A stretch of 62,961 bases of DNA, the filler included, from Sluysia triapertura (taxonomy: Eukaryota): assembly GCA_046118255.1 (NCBI GenBank). It is 5 parts of 5 records of this genome, joined end to end, with 100 filler letters (N's around TTAATTAATTAA, not from the genome) between each part and the next. Parts side by side here need not be neighbours in the genome. Positions count along the whole stretch, not along the records: positions 52,017 to 62,961 come from JBJNIA010191107.1; 4 more parts are not named here. The stretch is one strand, 5' to 3'. The notes below the pieces were generated by a model. It saw nothing but the letters and a program-made list of their open reading frames with translations, searched no databases and had not been told where the DNA came from. Of this stretch, positions 51,917 through 62,961 are shown one piece after another. A program made the position numbers and the translations under genes. Each line of letters starts with the position of its first letter. Within the stretch, counting starts at the first letter, position 1.

Positions 51917-52016
51917 NNNNNNNNNNNNNNNNNNNNNNNNNNNNNNNNNNNNNNNNNNNNTTAATTAATTAANNNNNNNNNNNNNNNNNNNNNNNNNNNN
52001 NNNNNNNNNNNNNNNN
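51917..52016. other. artificial contig linker
   Basis: N44-TTAATTAATTAA-N44. Confidence 0.98.
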
Positions 52017-52869
52017 ATAGTAATTATGTTATTTAAATATTTTTGGTCAACGTAACAAAGAGTGATTATGACTACAATAAAATTCTTTGGTAAAAATAAC
52101 TTTAAAGAAAAACTTAATAATAATTTCTAGAGACAAAATACTTAATATTTTGATAGAATAAATTGCTTAGGGACTTTCTATTCAATTCACCTTAAAAATA
52201 ACTGAAAATCAAATGTAATCTTAACAAAATTGAGAAGAGAATCTCTTATCAATCATCCTTAAAAATAGCTGAAAATCAAATACAATTTAAATATATTCAA
52301 CAAAAATTACATGAAATGTTACTTAATTAATTATCTTAAAAATAACTGAAAATCAAATATAAACTTCATCAATTAAATGGAATGAAATGAACCAAAAAAA
52401 CCAAGAACGTCTATTTAATGAAATATTTACATCAATGACTGTGATACGAAGAAAATGGAGTGTGCGTTACAAGAAAGCAAATTCAAATATAATATTAAAT
52501 ATATATACTTCCAGAGTTTGTATAATGTGATGTATACTGCAAATGTATACCAAAAATATATTTGGTATTTCATATTTTTCATCATCATAATTATTTTGAG
52601 TATCTAAAATGTTCGATATTAACCTTAAATTATTTCACACAAAAATAGTTTTACAATTTTTAAGTGCCATTAATAAATATTGGTCTTTCTAAGTATTACT
52701 AAAGTTGGAATAATTAATCTTTAGGATTTTTAGAACAACAATGAATACAAGAAATAATTTATATAAATTATTTAATATTATTATTATTTATTTCTTATAG
52801 TGTGATATAAACGTGTTTGATGATAAAAACATGTATGCAAAATATAACATTACATTAAATTATAGCAGA

Positions 52870-54998
52870 TCATAGCAAATATTTTAGTAGCAAGCAATTA
52901 ATTTTTCTCATTACGTAACCATTAAATACAAAATAAATAAGAGCATAATAAACACAAAGCAGCACTATTAAAAACCATTTCCATTTCACTAATACCAAAT
53001 CAAAAGCACGTTTACATTGCTAGATCAAACAAAAGCATCTGGACATATTTACTTACACATTCGATTTGTTTGAAAATCAAAGAGAAAACAAATTTTGACA
53101 GAATATCTAAATGATATAAGACTTAAAATTCAGAGATGAAAGAAGATTCAGGCAAGATTGTAAACCAATTGACATTGCACATCAATTTCAATACAAATTA
53201 ACAAAACATAATGCAAATAATTGTCAAATATCGTTAAATTATTATTGTTAAATTATTGAGAAAATTATGTAAATAATTAGTTTATAAAGTCTATATTTAA
53301 ATTCTTAAGATGTAATGTTTATTCTCCAGAAATATTTCGAAGAGATTTTATGCAAAAAGTATGGAAGATCTTGTAAGCCGGTAGAAGTGAACGAAATAAA
53401 TGATTTTAATATTGAAAAATAATGCCTATAAATATTTTGTAAAAATTTTATATTGGCATGTTGGACTACTTACCATGTATAATAGTATTTTATTCAAAAT
53501 ATTCAATATTAATACTTATGTTAAGATAAGTATAAAGTCATTGGTTATTTTTTAAATAAAAATATTGTTGCACCAATTATACAAACATTTTGTAATTAAA
53601 CGAAACTGCTAAAGTGAGCTGACAGCTCAACTTTCAGAGTTTGTGAACGTTTGTGAAAGATTTAAAAACATTTTATTTGTTATTATCGTGTAGGATGCAT
53701 ATTGTGATTTTGTGTTTTATGTATATTTATGCACACTTTATTCATTTTATTTAAAAACATTTATAGAATATGATTTTACAATTATAGAAATATTGATTTA
53801 TGATTATTCATATAAATTATTATTTTGAATTTATTAATTTTGATATCAATTAAATTTGGAATTTTAATTTGGAATTATTATTTTTTTAATTTTGTTTAAA
53901 TTAATTTGTTAAAATAAAGTCAAGGTCAGCTCTACAAATTTTTATAAATAGCAATTGAATTTCAATATATTCACACAACATTATAACTTCTAATTTCGTA
54001 TAATTTCTGTGGAGCCTATTCTTAATCTGTCGTTAGTTTTTTTTATTAAGATTTGTACTAATGTGCATCATAAAATCTACTTAAAATCATTATTACATTT
54101 ATTTATAAGAACCATTTAGGAGGTTCTTTTAAGTTAATATTGTAAATTATTATTTTATTTTATATTCTGCATTGTATTCTTGTTCATTATATATTGTAAT
54201 ACCTAATATACCTTCATAACGGAGTTTTTACTGTTTAATTAATTTTGTTACTAAGAATTTTAAATAAATTTCATAGTTTAATAATTAAAATCAATACATA
54301 TATTATATTCCTCCGAAATTTACTGAAATCGCAAAATCCAGTTAATTCTAATCCTTTTAACAGGATTATTCGTAAAATTTTAAGCAATAAAATTATATTA
54401 TTTAAAATCTTTAAAAAAATTTAGGAGAAAACTATCATAAACTTTTAAAGATTTGATTACATCAATTTGAATTTTGACCTAAATTGGTTTACTGTTAAAA
54501 TTCAACGGCTAGCCCTAACCGGTAAGAGTAATACGTTGATATTAAGTTAAAACTTTCCACACTATTATTAATAAATTTTATTACCATTGATTAATACTTT
54601 GTTTTAACCCATTATGTACAAATGTTCGATTTTTTGGACACAATTTTCAAATTTTTTTCTTCTCAAAAAAAATAATTATGCCAAAAATAGTTCAGCTCGG
54701 CTTTTATGAATATCAATGTACATTGTACAATTAATTTAATGTTTTGTCGGTATTTTTGAATTGCAACAGGGTAAAATGGATTAATATAAGTGCGTTTGGA
54801 AAAATAATATTAAATTATATGAATTAACTAAATGAAAATAAAATATATAAGAAAGAGTACTCTAAAACTAACATAGTATTTTCGAGTAAAATCTGAACAC
54901 ATTTTGCAGCGGATTTGTGTTTTTTAAAGAAATTTTCCAGAAGAAAAATTAAATTTTGAATTTAAAAAGTATACTTTTTGTTTTTATAATTTACTGTG

Positions 54999-55052
<54 letters not shown>

Positions 55053-55710
55053 ACTATTAATACTATTGTTTGGTTTCTTTATGATATAATCAAAATTGTA
55101 ATATCTTTTGTTTTGTCATTTGTATACTCTTTTAATTTGTAAATTTATATGTATTTTTGTAAAATATTTTTTTAGAATTTATTATTAAGAAATGTAATAT
55201 TAAATAAAAATATTGTTTGGAAATTTAATTTTTTGAATGAAAAGTAGTAATATATTTACTAAATGCAATATTATATTCATTATATTCGCTTATTATGCTT
55301 ATAGTTGAAACAAATAGCACCATTTCATAAGATGTGATATTAAGAAATTAATTTAAAATTATGTAATTTATGGATGAAACTAATTTTTAACTAATTTAAT
55401 TTTTTAACTAATTTTTCAACTAAGTACTTATTCAAAATTATATTAATTAATTTTTGTCACATTACAATTACTGAATGATCATAAAAGAATGTAGAAGTTT
55501 TACGTTGTAATATTTTTAAATATTACATAATATAAAATATCTTCAAAGTCAAAAAATTTAAAATTTTGATAAAATTTGTCTTCTTTTTTCATCTTTGAGT
55601 GACAATTTTGAACATTCTAAATTTATTAAAAATTAATTCCTTGAAATATGTTTCTTACCTTGATTTTTGACTCGTTCTTTGCCATATAAATTAATTTCGG
55701 CGATATCCAT
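52870..55710 (-). CDS. unrecognised spliced gene encoding a single-pass membrane protein (83 aa, or N-terminus of a longer protein)
   Basis: Exons 55710-55659 (AG|GTAAG donor), 53106-53057 (GTAAGT donor, 37-nt intron) and 53019-52870 (or to a donor at 52915) are phase-compatible. Product: MDIAEINLYGKERVKNQDILSKFVFSLIFKQIECQCKRAFDLVLVKWKWFLIVLLCVYYALIYFVFNGY(VMRKINCLLLKYLL*). Confidence 0.6.
54999..55050. repeat. (TTA)n microsatellite
   Basis: A perfect trinucleotide run. Confidence 0.9.
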
Positions 55711-56401
55711 TTTAAAAATTTTAATAAACGTTTTTGTTTCAAATAATAAAAATTTAAAATATCTAAATATTAATTTTATTATTAATTTTAATTATTAATT
55801 ATTTATTTTATTCATATTTACAAAATATTTCCAAAACAAATTTCAAATAAAAATTGTTATTTAAAACTGTAATTTAATCGAAGAAACATAAAAATCGTTG
55901 ATAAGTTAAATTCATTAATGAATATTTTATTTGTTTAAATAATCGTTAAAAGTAATATAACAAAAATATAATTTTAATAAAGTTAAATCAAACATATTTT
56001 ACAAATTAATAATATTCAAAGAAAATTATTGATTTTGAAAATAAATTTTACACATCAAACCAAATAATAAATGTTTAAATATTACAGTTTAAATAACTAA
56101 ATTATTGAACAATTTTCAAAGTAATGTACCGATATATAAAATAGTAATTCGATCAAAGAAATAGCAAATAATTTTCGACAAGACGTTTGACAAAAATTTA
56201 TTTTAAAAAATAAACAAATAGAACAATAGTGAAACTAAAACCTAAATCGATTTAAAAGTGTATTTTTTACTAAATCTAAGAACAAATAAAATTAGTATTT
56301 GAAAATAATAATAACATTTTAATGTACTTAGAATGTATTAATAAAAATGGTTTGCAGTATTATGCACTATTTTTATTAAATAGTTTTTATTTAATGTAGA
56401 G

Positions 56402-56413
56402 TTATTATTATTA

Positions 56414-56472
<59 letters not shown>
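56402..56472. repeat. (TTA)n microsatellite
   Basis: A near-perfect trinucleotide run. Confidence 0.9.
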
Positions 56473-59400
56473 TTATTGTTTTCCCATATAAATTTTGTTA
56501 TTAACATAAAATAAACAGACAAATTTAAATTATTGATTTAATCTTCAGTTAAAGAGTAATAAATTTCTGTCCATATACTTAATTCAAATAATATTTTTAA
56601 AAATATGAAAAAATATAATTTTTTGTAATTATTGTTTATTATTTAGTGTCAGAAATAACAAAAACAAGCAATAATTATTTCTGGGACTATTTTATGATTA
56701 TGATTATTTATTAATTTTTTTGAAAAACGTTAATCTATTTTCAACATGTTTTGAAAGATGGAAAATAAAGCCACCTGCTGTAATATGAAAAATAGATAGT
56801 TTGGAATAAAGAAATTTTAAATTGAATTTCGAATATTTAAATTTTATTTCTTCATGATCTTTATAATTTAAATATGATTTATTACATTTTATTCTTGGAA
56901 AATATTGTTTAAAAATTGATTAAATAAATAAGGAAATCTACATTTAATAAATTTATTTTTAAAGTTTGACAGACTAATAATTTTAAAATCGGTTAAGAGC
57001 ATCTTCTCCTTGACATGTTTCGGACTCAAAGTATTCAAGTCTCTAAATAACAATAGAGGATAATTAAACTTGATTATAAGAATATAAGTGTAATAGTAAA
57101 TAATGATTACTTTTAAACTTGAGAATTAAATTGTTGAAGAATTTCTCGATTAAAGTTGAATCCTTTGATGATGATGTGCGAAATTTTCCGACAGTCCAGC
57201 TGTGTTGTGTGAGTATGGGCAATTATTTCGTATCTAGAACAGCTTCCGTCTAGATTACTAGAGTAAAGGCACCAGCCCGATTTAAATTGTCTTAATTTTT
57301 CAACCAGATGTGATTGTTTTATTTGAGTATCAATAGTTAAATATTAAATATTAAATATTCTCCTTTAAAAAACATCCATTAATGATTTTAAAACCGCTAC
57401 AAGAAAAATTTAATGGATTCCAATTTTCAGATTGTAAAACTTGTATTCGGTTATGTTGGATTCGCTTTTTTATTTCCAACATAATTAAGTCATCTTGTAT
57501 ATTCATTGATACAATATTCAAGTCGTGGTTATGAATTAAATAATGATAAAAGATCAGTCATTATTACGCAATTTAGAACTTTTATAGATAATTCTTAATT
57601 CGTTTTCATTAATAAGAATTAACTTAAATAAAATAAAACTTTTAGCATTAAATTACAAACAAATAACAAAATCGTTTTCTGTTAGCTCCAAAATAAATGT
57701 AATTACATAAATTTACTTCAAACTTTCTTTTAGAAATATCAAATACATGATTATCTTTGATGACTTTATTTGCTTCTACCAAAATACATTCACCGCAAAT
57801 ATTTTTTAGACCATAAGTATTTTGTTTGATCTTGGATACATTTTCTTGGAAATATGAACTAAACTGTTTCAAAACTCTTCGAAAATTTCTAAAATATCCT
57901 AAACTTGATAAATTATAATCTAGACTTAGAACAACATAATGTCTAACAAAATGTCTAAATCTTTATTGTCGATGTATCGATTATACATAATATTGTTTTT
58001 ATTTCTTTCGGCATTTACTCCTTTCTCCTTTGTGGTTTGGGCTCATACACTGTGGGCATCAGTAACGACATGAAATCATGGAGTAATTAATTCAAGGTTT
58101 TCTTTATAATTTATTCTTTGGATTACTGTAACATGTGATTCAATATTCGAAAAGCATAGTATAAGAGATAAGCATAATTGAAGAGATAATAAGTAATTAG
58201 TATAAGAAATCCCATTATTTAAATTTTCGTCTTCTGACAACTTTACAACTTTAATTTCTCTTGTTTACAATATTTTTTAGTAATCATCATCTTTGAATTT
58301 ATTTCACAAACACTAGCACTTAATAGATCGAGTCTTCTATTTAAAACATCAGTGTCATGGACAGAGAGCATGTTTGAAAATTCACAATAAACGAAGAGTG
58401 AATTATGAAAGAGTGCTGCACGTCTATTTTTGCCAGTTTAAAATTAAATTAAATAAAATTGTAACTATTTTTAGTACTGTGCTGATAAACTGTCCTAATT
58501 GGCTGTCCAACCAGAGGTATAAAAAAATGAAAATAATTACTCTGGTTGGACGAATATTAATAATAGTAATAATGCTTCACAATGAAGACCAACCACCATT
58601 AACGATGACAACGAAATGTACATACGAATGAATAGTGTTACTGTTAATGGTGGTAGTTACAAAATTGATAGTTAATAATTTAAAAATAATGAGAAATTAA
58701 AATGATAATAACAATGTTATTATTATTATTGTTATCAATACATAAACCTTGAAAAATGTTTTATTAAACATGAACTTTCTTTAATAAAATTCTTTTTTCT
58801 GAGCATATTTAAATCTTTGGAACTTAATATCTTTAAATAAAATTGTTCTGGATTAGTTTGGTGTATATTTGATAGTTTAAGATGTAAATTGTAGTTCTAA
58901 TGTTGTGAGACTATAAGTTAAACCGTTCAAATGAAATTTAAATGTGTCAGTGATTTTGAATGATACTTTATGTAATTATGGTTATAACTGAAGATAAGTT
59001 TGAGTGTTGAAAACGTATGACTTAAGTATTTTGAAATATTATGCTTCATGTGAATTTGTGAATGAAAGTAATGTTTGGATGTTAGAAGGTTGTGACTTAA
59101 AATTGCATTGAAAAGAGAGTGGTTTCGTGGATGTAAAAAAGATAAATTATAGTGTAGATTTTGGTACATTCTAAAAGGTAATTGTGCGATATTGAGAAAA
59201 ATTATTCTGATTATGATGATGAGAGACTATGTAAAAAATGTTTTAAAAAATGAGTTTTAAAAAGTACGTTGTAGATTTTGAAAGTGAATGTGATTTTGTT
59301 GTATTTAAAAGAAAAGTTTTTAATAAAATTTGTTAAAAGTAATAGTTCGGCCACCAAACACGGAAACCAACATTTTAAAATTGAATAAATAAAACTATTG

Positions 59401-62400
59401 CTAGTTATCTTAAAACTATTTTATAGTTAAAATTCAAACAATAATAAAATATGCTAAATGTTCTATGGAAACAAGTTATACTGTATTTTCCTCTAATAAT
59501 ATAATTATAAGAATTTTAAAGAAATTGTTTCGCGAATTTGTACAAATAATCTTCTTTTTTTGTAATAAATATAAACTAATTTATGAAACGATAATTTCTG
59601 CATAACTATCTAAAAGTGCTGGTCAAAATATTTGATTACGAAAATGTCACAATGTAAAATAAGTCTTTAGAAAAATTATTAGATAAATAAATTGCCATTA
59701 TATAATCGAATTAATAATATTAAATGTGTAGTTTTGGAGATATCGGAAAGTATGTTTGATATTTGTTTTAATTGGTACAAGCCCAATCAGATAAGACTCA
59801 TAGATTGTAAAATTCGAATTGTTAATAAGATATAAATATTTAAATCCAATTAAAATATTCAATTGAGTCCTAAATTAAACACAATCTATAGTTATTTATG
59901 AATAGTTCAGTACTTATGAAGGTAACAAACTCTTAGATTCAAAAACAACTTTTAGGTTAAGTATAATATTGATTTTTTGAAACTGACATGGTAATTTATT
60001 ATTATTATTTATTAAGCTACCAAGATATGTGTGTCAATATGTACAATTTAATTTCTATTTGGCACAAAATAGTTCTAACTTTAAGTACAATGTAATTTAT
60101 TTTGCAAAAATTTCTTTTATTCACAATAAAAGAAAATAATTTGAAAATAATTGATATTAAATCTTTTGTTCTTTTTATTACATCTGTTATTTGATCAAAT
60201 TCAAACTGCAAATAGTTTTTCTATAAATTAATAATAGTACAAAACAAACCAAAGTAATATTTTGATACTTAATTACGTTTTTCTCAAACTTATTTATTGC
60301 ATTTAAACTACTACTTATAAGTACGATACAGTTTGAAAGTATATTGTTTATTTTGTTCAGAAATCATAAAATATTTTCAAGACAAACCAAATTCATAAAC
60401 AAATTGCCTATGAAATTATCTAATTCAGTACCGGATATTTTTAACCTTTTCAAAATACTGATTTTTTAAAAGATAAAATTTTATTTTCTGAAAAAATATT
60501 TTGTGAATACAAAATAATTATATATTTTTATTTCGTTGTTAACTAATCTGGAGTCGATTTTTATTGTGGTTCATATTTTAATATTTCGACACATATTTTG
60601 TTATATTGTGTAATAAATGTCAAACATTATTAAGATTAAAACTCCAGAATGAGTAATTATTGATTTATCATGACATTTATAAAAGTTAATTTTTTAGTTA
60701 TAATAAAAGTAGCATTATAACTGCTAATTCTAAAAAGTGTTAACATATTTTATTATAATTAATACTTGTTGGAATTATTGAAGTTATTGGAAATGTTTTT
60801 GATGTTAAATAAAAATTAGATGAAAATCAATATAAAATTTCGAAATTCTAATATCTCCTATTCAAACTTGTAACTTGAACAAGATGAAAATGCCTTACAG
60901 TAAAAAGCATATTTCATAACAATATTTTTTTTCTTATGATAGTTATGTGACATTTTATTTGCACGATTTTTAATATAATAATAATAATAATAATAAATTA
61001 CTACTACTGCTACTACTACTACTATGAACACTAGGAAACTACTCCCGTGTTGTGAATTTACGATTATATCAAATATTTAGTTTCTATACAAATAAATATC
61101 TTAAGTTCAATTTGAATATTGCTTTAGATTAATTAGAAATGTTTTTTGAATAATAATATTTAATTGTTTTATAAAAATAATAATGATAGATAAATCAATA
61201 AAAGATAATTTAGTTATCAGAAAAATAGTTTTGTAATTGTTTCAAAAATTCTAACACTGAAATGGTCCTAAGAGATATCCATTAGGCAAATTTAAAATTA
61301 AGGAGGCAAATTTTCAAAATAAAAAAGAATATTTCTAAAATAATAATTCGTATGTATATTACGCAATGTACAAGTTATTAATTAATGAAATAAAAATTTG
61401 AAAATGACTTTTCCATTTAAAATATCGAAAGGTTTTAAATGAATTACATTGTAAAGTAATGTAAATGTTTGCTGTTTATTGTTTGATATTTTAATTCATA
61501 AAAATGCATTTTATGTAAACATTTATGTTATGTAAACATTTTTTGGCTCTTTAGATTTATTTTATTTACCGTGGGATCATTTTTGATACTCTGGAAATTT
61601 AAATAGTTGTATAATTACATAATTATGTAAACAATAAAGGTATATTTCAAAAAATGTGCTTAATTTAGGAAATAATGCAAAACATAATGTAATAAAAACA
61701 GAAAGAAATGTCCTACGTATTGAAATGAAAACATATAATCAATAAGCAGTACGCAATATAAAATGAATGTTCATTATAGAATAAACAAATTTGAAGAAAA
61801 TTAATAAATATAGATGAAGTTGGCCATATTATCCCGATGATAATATGATTTTCACTGTAGAAAGAAATCATTGTAAAATGAAACTGAAGTATTTATGTCA
61901 TATAAAATAGCATCATTAAAAATAATACCATCTCACCTAGAAATAAATGTCCAATTTCGATTTTTTCAAAAATTATTAAAGGTGGCTTTGTCTTCAAAAT
62001 TTAATTGTCTTTTTTAAAAACACTTTTCATATGTGAAGTTTTAGACAACAACAACACGAATTGAAAGGGCTTTTTCTGAATTAATTTCGGATATTTTGAA
62101 TAAGATTTTTATTTCTCACCAATACACGTACAGGGGGGAAACCATGAAAGTAAATGAAAGTAACAATTATAAAGCGCATAATATGGAAATGTACCATTTA
62201 CAGAGATCTGGTATGCTTCCAATTTTCATTAATTTTGATTTTGAGCTTTATGAACGTTTCTAAGACGTAATGAGTTAAGTTTTAAAAACTTGAAATTTTC
62301 TCAGAAACGATATTATAGTTAAGTTTGATTTATTGTGATAATCTTTAAAAAATCAAATACTTATTTTTGGACGGAAAAAAATCGAAATAAGTTTTGTTGC

Positions 62401-62961
62401 AATTACATTTAATATAATTGCAATATTAATTTGTGGAAATCATCGAAGATGTATTAAATCTTCCATCTTTATCATCAGAAATGAGTTTCGAACAAACTTC
62501 CACAATATAGAAACTGATTATAAAATTATTCCATTGATCCAGTTCTATTTCCTTTATGATAATTTGAGTACAAATAATATAACCATAAAATATTATAAAA
62601 ATTCTACTATAAATTGAACGTAAAACATTATCTGAATAATTATCATAATGATATTTTTATTACAATGTCAATAAAATTTTAAATTTATTGTGCTGAATTA
62701 ATTTATTTTTGTAAATATTTACTTATTTTTGATAGCGTATAATTATTAGCTTGCATAACTACTTATATATTAAATAATTTATTAGCTACTCTCAAAAATA
62801 GCCACCTGATTTAGTAACTCTCTTATTAAATGGTGACCATTTAGAATCATTTTTATATTGAAAATATTTTTAATTTTATTTTAAATTTGAAAATAATTTT
62901 ATAAATCTATTATTTATCAAATAAAAGTGGTAATTTGTATGATAATTAGAAGACAGAAATT

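Noticed and set aside
11746-52016. TTAATTAATTAA palindrome as a biological motif, and any synteny across N runs
   Set aside because: It is an identical 100-nt synthetic spacer with six-frame stops. The contigs are simply concatenated.
54604-54784. piggyBac-like MITE (TTAA-CCCATT...AATGGA-TTAA)
   Set aside because: The terminal match is too short and imperfect in AT-rich DNA to support the call.
62128-62420. Tc1/mariner-type end (TACAGGGGGG)
   Set aside because: No matching inverted end or transposase sequence was found.

Overview
AT-rich (roughly 20-25% GC by eye) eukaryotic, most likely invertebrate animal, DNA. It is not prokaryotic. The window is five separate contigs joined by an artificial 100-nt linker (N44-TTAATTAATTAA-N44 at 11746, 23943, 37257 and 51917), so adjacency across linkers has no biological meaning. 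Spliced genes with GT-AG introns (many 37-43 nt, some kb-long) can be reconstructed: QDPR/DHPR (4 exons, 3' end not found), a TBC1D10-family Rab-GAP (4 exons, 3' end not found), the first half of an aquaporin and an unrecognised small membrane-protein gene. Much of the rest is a dense mosaic of decayed host-gene fragments (YKT6, RASD/Di-Ras-like GTPase, RBFOX RRM, UNC-93-like, RPL17, Ser/Thr kinase, CCCH zinc fingers). These are mixed with retroelement relics (Ty3/gypsy RT, R2/NeSL-like RLE non-LTR element), tiny MITEs, a tRNA-Cys-cored repeat and microsatellites. The most unusual signals are: (i) a family of short CCAAT-containing inverted-repeat hairpins with covarying arms, twice paired with a second hairpin just upstream of gene fragments; (ii) a Ras-like GTPase frame that runs into a 12 x 30-bp decapeptide array; (iii) the chimeric gene-fragment mosaic itself. 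All homology calls are from motif recognition by eye, not database searches.
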